Shown here: positions 52,521-61,185 of the stretch, one piece after another
Layout of the letters: the number at the start of each line of letters is the position of its first letter
Position numbering within the stretch: the stretch's first letter is position 1
Source: a bacterium
GTDB lineage: Bacteria > Cyanobacteriota > Vampirovibrionia > Gastranaerophilales > Gastranaerophilaceae
DNA length: 64,000 nt
Reading direction: 5' to 3'
Assembly: GCA_017536545.1 (NCBI GenBank)
Contig: JAFXHF010000008.1
Span: 49,267-113,266 of the forward strand
The notes under the pieces: model-generated
Databases searched by the model: none
Seen by the model: the letters and a program-made list of their open reading frames with translations, nothing else
What the model was told of the DNA's origin: nothing
Program-made: the position numbers and the translations under genes

Positions 52521-53996
52521 ATGTTTAGAAAAAACAGAATGGAATATGTAATCAAAACATGTTCAGGAGATGATGCTCAAGAATTACAAAATTTGTTGAA
52601 TGAAATGTCAATGAATGGTTGGGATTTATACAGCATGCATGATGTAGGCGATGAAGAATCTGGTTCAGAATTGAACTGTATTTTTATGCGACCTGCGAAA
52701 CAAGATTCTGCTTCAGATTCTGATATAATCAATATTTCTGATTTTAAAAGTCAAATGGAAAAAATGCTTTCTCCAAAATTGACTGAATATGAACAATGTT
52801 TAGAAATCCAATCACAAATTCGCAGACAAAAAGAAAAAATGAATAAAATTAAGTCCGAACTTGAAGGCGAAGCTCCAGCTTCTGTTTCAAGAAAAAAACT
52901 TAATGACAAAATTTCTGCAGGATTAAAAGAATTAGAAGATTTGAAAGCTAAATTGAACAAAGCAACATCACCAGATTTGATGTACTCAAAACTTCATGAA
53001 GAAAAATTGACAATCTATTTAAGTGAAGAGCTTTTAGGTTTTGTTGATTCTGATAGAGATAATTCTGGAGAAGAACTTATTGCTGAAACTGTGAAATCTC
53101 GTCTTAGATTAACAGAGGAAAAAGGTTATATTATCCCAAAAGTTGTATTTAAAGATGATGAAAACTTAAATCCTTGCGAATTTAGTATTAGAATTCGTGG
53201 AATGGAAGTATTCAAGGCTGGAGTATGTCCAAATCATTTGATGTTTTATGCAGATGAATTAAAAACAAAAATTAAAAACTCAGTTAAAGCAGTTGATGAA
53301 ATTACGGATAGAGATGTTGTTTGGGTTGAAAAAGAACAGGCAAAAGACTTTTGGCAACGAGGTTTGACTCCATCTGAGTATATTTCAAAGGCATTAGAAT
53401 ATGTTGCGGTGAAACACGTTGAAGATTTACTTGATTACGATGATATTGACAAGTATTTGGAAGTTGTCGAAAAAGAAAACGAATTCTTAATCGAAAATAT
53501 TATTCCTGATTTGTTGACTTATTCTGATGTTAAGTATCTTTTGACAAGTTTGATTAAAGAAAAAGTTTCAATTAAAAATATTACATATATTTTTGAGAAG
53601 ATTAATGATTTTGCTGAAGATGGAAGCAAAGCTGATATTTTAAATAAAATTCGTCTATCATTATCTAGACAAATCTGTAGAAGTTACACAAATGAAGATG
53701 GTGAAACAATTAGTGCGTTTGAACTTTCTGAGAAAACTTATGCAGATATTGTTCTTGGTTGTGATGATAGTGAAGATTGTTTAATTAAAATTGATGGTGA
53801 ACTAGCAGAAAAATTAGCTGATAAAATTATCAAAAAATCTAAAAAATTAGGTATTCATTCACCGAAATTGGTTGTTCCAATGGAATATAGACAAATTTTC
53901 TTCACATTGTTGTCTTTATATTTAAACGATATAACTGTTTTGGCACACGAAGAAGTTGGTTGTCTATTCAAAATCGATAACCTAGGCGATATTTAA
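52521..53996 (+). CDS. Soluble FlhA/FHIPEP C-terminal-domain protein with DUF4177-like N-terminus and coiled-coil linker; no export-gate membrane domain
   Basis: MEYVIKTCSGDDAQELQNLLNEMSMNGWDLYSMH is DUF4177-like. aa ~185-491 are FlhA-C-like: KGYIIPKVVFKDDENLNPCEFSIRIRGMEVFKAGV ... LTYSDVKYLLTSLIKEKVSIKNITYIFEKINDFAEDGSK ... IRLSLSRQICRSY. Confidence 0.65.
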   Translation: MFRKNRMEYVIKTCSGDDAQELQNLLNEMSMNGWDLYSMHDVGDEESGSELNCIFMRPAKQDSASDSDIINISDFKSQMEKMLSPKLTEYEQCLEIQSQIRRQKEKMNKIKSELEGEAPASVSRKKLNDKISAGLKELEDLKAKLNKATSPDLMYSKLHEEKLTIYLSEELLGFVDSDRDNSGEELIAETVKSRLRLTEEKGYIIPKVVFKDDENLNPCEFSIRIRGMEVFKAGVCPNHLMFYADELKTKIKNSVKAVDEITDRDVVWVEKEQAKDFWQRGLTPSEYISKALEYVAVKHVEDLLDYDDIDKYLEVVEKENEFLIENIIPDLLTYSDVKYLLTSLIKEKVSIKNITYIFEKINDFAEDGSKADILNKIRLSLSRQICRSYTNEDGETISAFELSEKTYADIVLGCDDSEDCLIKIDGELAEKLADKIIKKSKKLGIHSPKLVVPMEYRQIFFTLLSLYLNDITVLAHEEVGCLFKIDNLGDI

Positions 53997-54020
53997 TAAA
54001 AAATATAAAGGTGAAAAAGA

Positions 54021-54782
54021 ATGTTTAGACATAATAAAAAAGCATTTACGTTGGCAGAGGTTTTGATTACTCTTGGTATAATTGGTGTTGTTGCAGCAAT
54101 GACAATACCTAATCTGATAGCAAATGTAAATGGACACAGGTTTCGTTCTCAGTTTAAGAAAACAGTTTCGACACTGAACCAAGCTGCAAGACTTTCTGAT
54201 TCTCAATATGGTTTTGATTTTGCTGGAACTAGTACTGCATGTAATAAAAATGTGACTACTGCTTCAAAAGAACATCCTGAATCAGTAATGTCATTTTGTT
54301 CTTTATTAAATGGTACTCTTACAGGAAAAACATATTATGGTAAACATACGAATATACCTTTGAAAGAATCAATAATTAATATTGAATCTGGAACAAATAC
54401 TTATCAAATTGTTGGTCCAGTGGTTGATTGGTTGTTTGGGACTGGTGCGAGTAAATTTGTTGCTTACCAACTTGCAGATGGAACAATTGTTGGGTTTAAT
54501 GAGGAAGCAAAAGCTTGTGATATTCCTATTGGGACAAAATTAACTGATGATTATATAAAAAAGAATCTTAGTAAATGTATAGGTTGGGTTGATGTGAATG
54601 GAACTTCTTTACCAAATAAAGAAGTAACTTGTTCTAGTGGCCAAAACAAATTTGAATCTGATAGTTGTGTAGTAAAAAATAGTGCAACACATATGACTGA
54701 TGTTTACCCAATTATTTTCCACAATCAAACAGTGGAACCAGCTTCAGCTGCAGCTCGTTATGTTTTGAAAACAGCGAAATAA
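54021..54782 (+). CDS. Pilin-like protein with prepilin-type N-terminal domain (paralogue 3, divergent C-terminus)
   Basis: KKA|FTLAEVLITLGIIGVVAAMTIPNL, nearly identical in the helix to paralogue 2. Has GWVDVNGTSLPNKEV but lacks the GRD-F and GW-M-Y motifs. Confidence 0.78.
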   Translation: MFRHNKKAFTLAEVLITLGIIGVVAAMTIPNLIANVNGHRFRSQFKKTVSTLNQAARLSDSQYGFDFAGTSTACNKNVTTASKEHPESVMSFCSLLNGTLTGKTYYGKHTNIPLKESIINIESGTNTYQIVGPVVDWLFGTGASKFVAYQLADGTIVGFNEEAKACDIPIGTKLTDDYIKKNLSKCIGWVDVNGTSLPNKEVTCSSGQNKFESDSCVVKNSATHMTDVYPIIFHNQTVEPASAAARYVLKTAK

Positions 54783-54785
54783 GTG

Positions 54786-55589
54786 CTACTTATCTTCTTG
54801 TGTGATACCTGTCTGATACCCTGGAACAAGTAGTGCTACTGGGATAAATCTGCCTAATAATGAGCCAACAGATGATGATTTATTCATCATTGAAATTGCC
54901 ATACACAAATCGTCAAAGTGTGGTGCAAAGTCTGTTGCTCTAATTTCTCTATCTACTTCTTTTTTGTATAATTTTTCGTTGATAAAGTTAGAAACTTTGT
55001 TACCAACGTAAATTCCAACACCTAAGAATGCAACTGTGCAAGCTGCATTAGGTAAAACTTTCATAAATTTATTAGTGAAATTTGCCATTTTTTTCAATGT
55101 ATTATTAGCAATTTTATTAAGATTAAATTGTGGAACAGCATTTTCGATACGGTTTTCGTATTTTCCGTATAATCTTGCACCTTGTCCTACTAAGAATACA
55201 GGAACTGCAATATTTCCAACCATTTGACTTAAAATTTCACGTTGTTTTGCTTTGCGGTTTTCTTTTTTATCAACTAAACAACCTCCAATAAAACCACCAG
55301 CAACAGAGCCTGCGGCTACTCCAAGGATTTCTTTTTCATGGTACTGGATTGATTCATTTACTGGCTTGTATTTGAAAATAGCCCAATCTTTTATTGGAGT
55401 TTTAAAAATTTGTTTTGGATTTAATGAAAAACCTTTTTTATGAGCAAGAAGTGCTAAAACAGGAGCAGTTCCCGCAATGGCAGAACCTAGAACAACGGCT
55501 TTTTGCTTTTTGTTCATATCTGTTTGAGCCCCATGTGCGGTAAAATTTGGTTGATTATTTAGGTTATATGAATTTACTCTAGTAATCAT
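54786..55589 (-). CDS. Hypothetical multi-pass membrane protein (267 aa), Gly-rich helices
   Basis: AGGATAG Shine-Dalgarno. Hydrophobic segments AVVLGSAIAGTAPVLALLA, ILGVAAGSVAGGFIGGCLV, VGNIAVPVFLVGQGA and AACTVAFLGVGIYVG. No family recognised. Confidence 0.6.
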   Translation of the reverse strand: MITRVNSYNLNNQPNFTAHGAQTDMNKKQKAVVLGSAIAGTAPVLALLAHKKGFSLNPKQIFKTPIKDWAIFKYKPVNESIQYHEKEILGVAAGSVAGGFIGGCLVDKKENRKAKQREILSQMVGNIAVPVFLVGQGARLYGKYENRIENAVPQFNLNKIANNTLKKMANFTNKFMKVLPNAACTVAFLGVGIYVGNKVSNFINEKLYKKEVDREIRATDFAPHFDDLCMAISMMNKSSSVGSLLGRFIPVALLVPGYQTGITQEDK

Positions 55590-55794
55590 TTTTCTATCCT
55601 GTTTGTATATGTTTGAAAACCAAACAAAAAAAATCTTGCTACTATATTATACCACTTTAAACATTTGTAACATATCAATATGGATAAGGATAGCAAATAG
55701 AGTTATTTTGTAACAAAATATTAAAACGTACCTATCTATTCGCAAAAAATAATCTTGAGCGTTATTAAATAATTATTGAAGAAAGATTATAATC

Positions 55795-57405
55795 ATGGCA
55801 ATTAGACCGATAAATATACCAATAGCAAATACTCATAAAATAATGTCTAGAAATCTGGTTTCGCAGATGGCTAGTGATGGCTTTTTGCCTGTTATTGCTT
55901 TAGAAGCATTTGTAGAAGCTGGTAGAACTTATCAGGCATATCAAAGAGGTGGCTTTGACGAGGCTAGAGAAAGAATTACAGAAGAGTTTTCAGGAGCTGT
56001 TTTCTGGTTAGGTGGGGTAACTGCACTTAACTGGGTATTTGAAAAAATCGGTCAAAAATTGTTAAAATTGCCTAATATCAATGTAAGTATTGCGAATGAT
56101 GATGTTCGTAAACCACTTACAAATTACTTAACTCATGAAAGAACTAAAGAAGGTGCAGAAATCTTAGAAAAAACTATGGCAAAATTCAAATTTGCTAAAG
56201 TTATTTCAAGTGTATTGATTGCAAACGCTTTAATTGGTTTGGTTCTTCCAAAAATTAACCAAGCAATTACTCGTTCTTATCACAAAGATGATAATAAAAC
56301 CCCAAATACTCCAGAAGTTCCAGCAGAAATTGCTAATGTAGTACTTTCAGATCCAAAAGATAATCCATTTGTAGCAAGACCAACATTCAATGATTTTGCT
56401 CAAACTCAAGATAAAAAAGAAGATAAAAAAGATGTTTCATTTGGTATCAATTTGTTATCACTAGCTAACAAATTTGAAAGCAATAGAAACTACAAATTGT
56501 TATCAGTTGACGTTGGTACATCAACTGGTCGTGCTTATTCTGCTAGAAATAATGATGAAAGAGTAGAAATCCTATTCAGAGATATCGCATCAATTTACTT
56601 CTATATGTTCAATATGCCAAATATTAACACTTGGTTGAATAAACTTGAACAAAGAAATGAAAAATCAAGTATGTTAATGTACGGTACAAGACTTGATCCA
56701 GTTTCAGCTGAATTTGCAAACAAATACATGCAAGGCTATGTTGAAGGATTTGAAGGTAAAAAAGTTGATATCGAAACATTCAGACGTGATATGTTTGGTG
56801 AAAGAGTTACATTATCAGATGATTTGAAAGCTAAATTCCAAGGTGAAAAAATCAAAATTATCTCACTTGACGAATTCAAAGCTGAACTTAAATCACTTGT
56901 TCCAGAATCTGAACTTAAACACTTTGAAGAAATGGCTGAGCAAATGTCTAAACTTCAACCACAAGTTAAAGGTATGTCTATCTTGACTCAAACTCAGGTA
57001 GAAGATGTTCTAACTGGTGGACACTTGAACAATCCTAAGTTCTTACAAGAATTCTTTAAAAATAGATTTGGTAAGAAATTTATGGAAAGATATAAATTTG
57101 TTGCTCAATCTGAACTTGATGCTCACAAACACGAACTTATTGACTTTGTAAACTCAGTAATTGAAAGAGCAAGAAAAACAAATGCTGGTGAAATTACTCA
57201 ATCATTGTTGAATAAAGCATCTAACCACAACTTGAAAATGAATGCTCTTAACTGGGGAAGTGGATTTGTTATCTCTGCATTGTTCTTGTCAACAATTATT
57301 CCAAAAGTTCAGTATCTTATTACAAAATGGAGAACGGGATCTGATGAGTTCCCAGGAACAGCAGAATTTAGAGAACAAGAGGAACAAGCAAAACAAGTTG
57401 CATAA
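55795..57405 (+). CDS. Hypothetical membrane protein (536 aa)
   Basis: Hydrophobic segments GAVFWLGGVTALNWVF, VISSVLIANALIGLVL and WGSGFVISALFLSTII, with a large charged central domain. No family recognised. Confidence 0.6.
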   Translation: MAIRPINIPIANTHKIMSRNLVSQMASDGFLPVIALEAFVEAGRTYQAYQRGGFDEARERITEEFSGAVFWLGGVTALNWVFEKIGQKLLKLPNINVSIANDDVRKPLTNYLTHERTKEGAEILEKTMAKFKFAKVISSVLIANALIGLVLPKINQAITRSYHKDDNKTPNTPEVPAEIANVVLSDPKDNPFVARPTFNDFAQTQDKKEDKKDVSFGINLLSLANKFESNRNYKLLSVDVGTSTGRAYSARNNDERVEILFRDIASIYFYMFNMPNINTWLNKLEQRNEKSSMLMYGTRLDPVSAEFANKYMQGYVEGFEGKKVDIETFRRDMFGERVTLSDDLKAKFQGEKIKIISLDEFKAELKSLVPESELKHFEEMAEQMSKLQPQVKGMSILTQTQVEDVLTGGHLNNPKFLQEFFKNRFGKKFMERYKFVAQSELDAHKHELIDFVNSVIERARKTNAGEITQSLLNKASNHNLKMNALNWGSGFVISALFLSTIIPKVQYLITKWRTGSDEFPGTAEFREQEEQAKQVA

Positions 57406-57412
57406 AGATTTT

Positions 57413-57447
57413 AAAAAGACCCAGCCATTTGGCTGGGTCTTTAATTT
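57413..57447. terminator. Bidirectional terminator between the 536-aa gene and tpiA
   Basis: 10-bp stem AGACCCAGCC (57417-57426) / GGCTGGGTCT (57431-57440), flanked by an A-run and a T-run. Confidence 0.7.
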
Positions 57448-57467
57448 TGTATTAACTATAAAAAGTC

Positions 57468-58262
57468 TTATACTGCAACTTTCATAGTTTTTTCGATGAT
57501 TGAGTTGAAGCTATCAGCTTTTAAAGAAGCTCCACCGATTAAAGCACCATCGATATCTGATTTAGACATTTGTTCTTCGATAGTTTCAGGTTTTACAGAA
57601 CCTCCGTAAAGAATTCTGATAGAATCAGCTGCAGCAGCACCAGAAACTTCAGCAACAACGCCTCTAATCATTTTGATAACTCTGTTAGCTTCTTCAGCAT
57701 CACAAGATTTGCCAGTACCGATAGCCCAGATTGGTTCGTATGCGATAACTGATTTTGCAACGTCTTCTGAAGAAATACCTTCTAAAGCTGCTCTGATTTG
57801 TGAAGCGATGTGAGAATCTGTAATACCGCTTTCTCTTTGTTCAAGAGTTTCACCACAGCAGATGATAGGAATTAAGCCACCAGCTAAGATAGCTTTAGCT
57901 TTTTTGTTAATCATTTCATCTGTTTCTGAGAAGTATTCTCTTCTTTCAGAGTGACCGATGATAACATAAGCACATCCTGCATCTTTTAACATTTCAACAG
58001 AAATTTCACCAGTGTAAGCACCAGAATTTTCCCAGTGGCAGTTTTGACCAGCAACATAAAGTTTGCTTTCGCCACAACCGCAAGAGCAAGGAATTTCTGC
58101 AACTTGGTTGATTGATGTGAATACAGGTGCAATTACAACAACTGGTAATTGAGGTGCTGTAAAGTTGCTTACGAATGATTTAATACCTTCGTATAGAGCT
58201 TTTGCATCGCTTTGGCAAAGGTTCATTTTCCAGTTACCAGCGATAATAGGTTTTCTTGACAT
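57468..58262 (-). CDS. tpiA: Triose-phosphate isomerase (with a short Cys-rich insertion)
   Basis: IAGNWKMN, GHSERR and AYEPIWAIGTG motifs. 264 aa. Extra IPCSCGCGESK segment at aa 57-67. Confidence 0.92.
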   Translation of the reverse strand: MSRKPIIAGNWKMNLCQSDAKALYEGIKSFVSNFTAPQLPVVVIAPVFTSINQVAEIPCSCGCGESKLYVAGQNCHWENSGAYTGEISVEMLKDAGCAYVIIGHSERREYFSETDEMINKKAKAILAGGLIPIICCGETLEQRESGITDSHIASQIRAALEGISSEDVAKSVIAYEPIWAIGTGKSCDAEEANRVIKMIRGVVAEVSGAAAADSIRILYGGSVKPETIEEQMSKSDIDGALIGGASLKADSFNSIIEKTMKVAV

Positions 58263-58350
58263 AATTTTCTCTCCTTTGTAAGTAACACTTAACGATTCAA
58301 TCTTAAATCAAACAAATATTGTTCGCAAGTGTACAAGGAACGAGTTTTCC

Positions 58351-59031
58351 CTACTCCTCTTTTTTTGTTGGCATGAAGTGATAAACTAAAAGGATTGTTA
58401 ATATTGTAGCTAAACCAATAGTTTTAAATTTTATTATTGCAAATGATACTATAGCCCCAATTATTATTGCAAGAATAAGTCTTTTTATAATCTCTTTTAT
58501 TTTTTCTTTTGTTCGGCTAACTTCTCTTATTTCTTCCGCCATTTTTTTGATATTTGATTGTTCTTTAGCTTGTTCTTCTATAGTTTCATCAATAACTTCA
58601 GAAGCTTTTAGCTCCTCAACTGCATCATTGTAAGTTCTATTTACAAAACGTTCTACTAATGACAAAACAACCGCATCAGGAGCATCGTTTTTTACGCATG
58701 CATACATAACTTCCCACATTGCATACCATATTTTTTGCATGACTCCTTTCCAATATCTTGGAGGAATTCCTGAACGAAATAAATCAATTTCTTTATGAAA
58801 AGACCATTCGGCAAGTATTTGGATATAGAAGCATTGTTTTTCAAAATCTAATTTGCTAAATTCATCATTATCTGGGATGGCTGACGCCATAAGCATTGCA
58901 GACTTTCTGATATTTGTTATCAGATAGCTTTTTTGAAGTTCATTTACGTCTTGAGGAAGTAAAGGCGAAACTTGTTCAATTAGATTTTCTATGAAATCGG
59001 TATATTTTTTGTCTACAACTACTTCGTCCAT
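58351..59031 (-). CDS. Hypothetical tail-anchored membrane protein (226 aa)
   Basis: Soluble helical N-domain, then C-terminal hydrophobic stretches ILAIIIGAIVSFAII and IGLATILTILLVYHF. TATAAT lies 6 nt before the ATG and there is no Shine-Dalgarno, so the mRNA may be leaderless. Confidence 0.5.
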   Translation of the reverse strand: MDEVVVDKKYTDFIENLIEQVSPLLPQDVNELQKSYLITNIRKSAMLMASAIPDNDEFSKLDFEKQCFYIQILAEWSFHKEIDLFRSGIPPRYWKGVMQKIWYAMWEVMYACVKNDAPDAVVLSLVERFVNRTYNDAVEELKASEVIDETIEEQAKEQSNIKKMAEEIREVSRTKEKIKEIIKRLILAIIIGAIVSFAIIKFKTIGLATILTILLVYHFMPTKKEE

Positions 59032-59087
59032 TTTACTATTATAGGAAATAAGTTGTAAGAATTTGTCATATAGATAGACTAAATATT

Positions 59088-59120
59088 TAAAAAGCGGAAT
59101 TGAATTTAATCAATTCCGCG
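59088..59120 (-). terminator. Rho-independent terminator ending the four-gene pilin-like operon
   Basis: 10-bp stem GCGGAATTGA (59094-59103) / TCAATTCCGC (59110-59119). A T-run follows on the minus strand. Confidence 0.7.
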
Positions 59121-59125
59121 GATTT

Positions 59126-59788
59126 TTAATCTTTAATGACCCAACCGTTTTTCATCAACTTGTATAAGCAACCGGATGCATAGTCTGCAACGTGCCCATA
59201 AGAGGCTTGTTTGGTGTTACATGTGTCACCTGTTGTTACCCAATCTCTAACTTCGCCTGTTGCACCAGTAATAGATGCGACATAAACGTCTAATCCAGTA
59301 ATATTTGGTTGAGCAGGGCCATTAACGTCGATGAATAGACTTGCAACGCCATTTGCAGTGTTTAATACCATACAAATAGTTGCTCCATTACTGTTTTGGA
59401 TACAATGTTCTCCAAATGGAGTTCCTGCATTTGTACCATTAGGGGTTTTATATGCTGCTGCAGTACATTTGGTGTTTAATTTTGCTACTCCGCAGTCATT
59501 GTTAACTTTAAAGTATTTTCTTAAGAAATAGCATGCTCCAGTTTCCTTGCCTGCAGTACAACTACTAACTACGCCAGCTGTTGTTTTGTTAAAATCGTTA
59601 GGTTCCATTTCATCTGTCATAATTGTTTGTATTGCGTCAGTAATTTGTGCATAAGTTTTTTGTGCAGCTGCAGCGTAAGACTTGTATCTGTAATTTTTGA
59701 TAACAGATGGGATTGTTAAAACAGAAACAACTGCAATAATACTAAGAGTAATCAATACTTCTGCTAAAGTAAAACCTTTTTTATTCAT
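59126..59788 (-). CDS. Pilin-like protein (paralogue 7; 4th gene of the operon)
   Basis: AGGAGG Shine-Dalgarno 6 nt before ATG 59788 gives MNKKG|FTLAEVLITLSIIAVVSVLTIPS. IDVNGPAQPNITGLDVY. C-terminal KNGWVIKD. The track's longer start at 59827 overlaps the upstream gene. Confidence 0.8.
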   Translation of the reverse strand: MNKKGFTLAEVLITLSIIAVVSVLTIPSVIKNYRYKSYAAAAQKTYAQITDAIQTIMTDEMEPNDFNKTTAGVVSSCTAGKETGACYFLRKYFKVNNDCGVAKLNTKCTAAAYKTPNGTNAGTPFGEHCIQNSNGATICMVLNTANGVASLFIDVNGPAQPNITGLDVYVASITGATGEVRDWVTTGDTCNTKQASYGHVADYASGCLYKLMKNGWVIKD

Positions 59789-59798
59789 CCTTGTCCTC

Positions 59799-60473
59799 CT
59801 AGTATTCCATTTTCCAACCGTCTTCAATAATTCTATTTAAACAACCCTGTGGTGCAGTATACATTAAGGCGGTTCCGCCTTTTGTACATATATCTCCTTT
59901 TGCATCATCAACGTCAGTTAGAGTTCCGTTTTCACGAACCTCTATTGAAAAAACATCTCGACCAATAGTATTTGGTTCTGCAAGGCCGTTAATGTCAACA
60001 ATTAATTGTAGCTTTTTTGGAGTTCCTGTTGTTAATCTTGCACCAATAGCGGCACCTGTAATTGTCTGCACAAAATAGCCACTTGCAGGTGCACTTATGG
60101 TTGTACCCCCAATTGTCTTATAAACTCCAGATTTTGTTGATAAACAAGCCTCTGCAGTATTATTACGACAATTTTTTTTAACAGTTTTGAAGTATTTATT
60201 CAAGAAATCGCACATCCCACCATTACAATTGCCAGCTGAGTCCAACATAGCTGGCATTCTTACAGCAGTTGTTTCGGAAAAATTGTCAACGTGCTGGTCG
60301 TTCATAATAGATTGGGTTGCATCCGAAATTTGAGCATATATTTTTTCTAATTGAGCTGTGTATAATCTATTTTGGTAGTTTTTCATAACCCCTGGAATTG
60401 TTAAAACGGCTACAATTCCGATAACACCAAGAGTAATTAAAACTTCAGATAGAGTAAAACCTTTTTTATTCAT
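59799..60473 (-). CDS. Pilin-like protein (paralogue 6; 3rd gene of the operon)
   Basis: AGGAG Shine-Dalgarno 7 nt before ATG 60473 gives MNKKG|FTLSEVLITLGVIGIVAVLTIPG. VDINGLAEPNTIGRDVFSI. C-terminal EDGWKMEY. Confidence 0.8.
   Translation of the reverse strand: MNKKGFTLSEVLITLGVIGIVAVLTIPGVMKNYQNRLYTAQLEKIYAQISDATQSIMNDQHVDNFSETTAVRMPAMLDSAGNCNGGMCDFLNKYFKTVKKNCRNNTAEACLSTKSGVYKTIGGTTISAPASGYFVQTITGAAIGARLTTGTPKKLQLIVDINGLAEPNTIGRDVFSIEVRENGTLTDVDDAKGDICTKGGTALMYTAPQGCLNRIIEDGWKMEY
60299..60473 (-). repeat. Conserved 5' block shared with the next paralogue (copy A)
   Basis: About 175 nt encoding the leader and N-terminal helix. By manual alignment, roughly nine of ten positions are identical to 60999-61176 (offset ~700 nt). 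Confidence 0.7.
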
Positions 60474-60483
60474 TGTTTGGCTC

Positions 60484-61170
60484 CTAATATTCCATTTTCC
60501 AACCAGATTCAATAACATTGTTTAAACATCCAGCTGCCGCCTCATATGCACTTGTTTTGTTTGCACCACAGTTTGAGGCTGCTGAGCCTGCACTGTTGAT
60601 TTGGCATCCACTCGCATAATCCGCTAGAGTTCCATTCTTACGTATATCAATTGCAAAAATATCTCTTCCTGCAATATTTGGTTGACTTAATCCATTAACA
60701 TCGACAATTAAGCTTGTACAATTATTATTTGGATTGTAAGATCCACCAATAGTTGCACCACTTACTGTTTGAACAAAATATTGGCCAGTCGGTCTTGAAA
60801 TATTTGTTCCGCTCATTGTTTTATAAAAACCAGTTTTTGTTGAAATACAAGGTTCTGCAGAATCTCTACAATTTGTTTTAATATTTTTAAAGTATTTTGT
60901 TAAAAAGTATCCTAAACCTTGGGTACAAACTCCAGTTGTTGCATTACAAACTGTTGCTCCTCCTGCGGTTGTTTCATAAAAATCATCTGTTTGTTCATCG
61001 TTCATAATAGATTGAAGAGCATCCGAAATTTGAGCATATGTTTTTTCTAATTGAGCTGTGTATAATCTGTTTTGATAGTTTTTCATAACCCCTGGGATTG
61101 ATAGAACGGCTACAATCCCAACAATACCAAGAGTAATTAAAACTTCAGATAAAGTAAAACCTTTTTTCAT
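60484..61170 (-). CDS. Pilin-like protein (paralogue 5; 2nd gene of the operon)
   Basis: Three in-frame ATGs at 61179, 61176 and 61170. AGGA spacing favours 61170, giving MKKG|FTLSEVLITLGIVGIVAVLSIPG. VDVNGLSQPNIAGRDIFAI. C-terminal ESGWKMEY. Confidence 0.78.
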   Translation of the reverse strand: MKKGFTLSEVLITLGIVGIVAVLSIPGVMKNYQNRLYTAQLEKTYAQISDALQSIMNDEQTDDFYETTAGGATVCNATTGVCTQGLGYFLTKYFKNIKTNCRDSAEPCISTKTGFYKTMSGTNISRPTGQYFVQTVSGATIGGSYNPNNNCTSLIVDVNGLSQPNIAGRDIFAIDIRKNGTLADYASGCQINSAGSAASNCGANKTSAYEAAAGCLNNVIESGWKMEY

Positions 61171-61176
61171 ATTCAT
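60999..61176 (-). repeat. Conserved 5' block shared with the next paralogue (copy B)
   Basis: See copy A. Differs by scattered substitutions and one in-frame ATG codon indel. The downstream (3') parts of the two genes are much more diverged. Confidence 0.7.
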
Positions 61177-61185
61177 CATCCTAAA

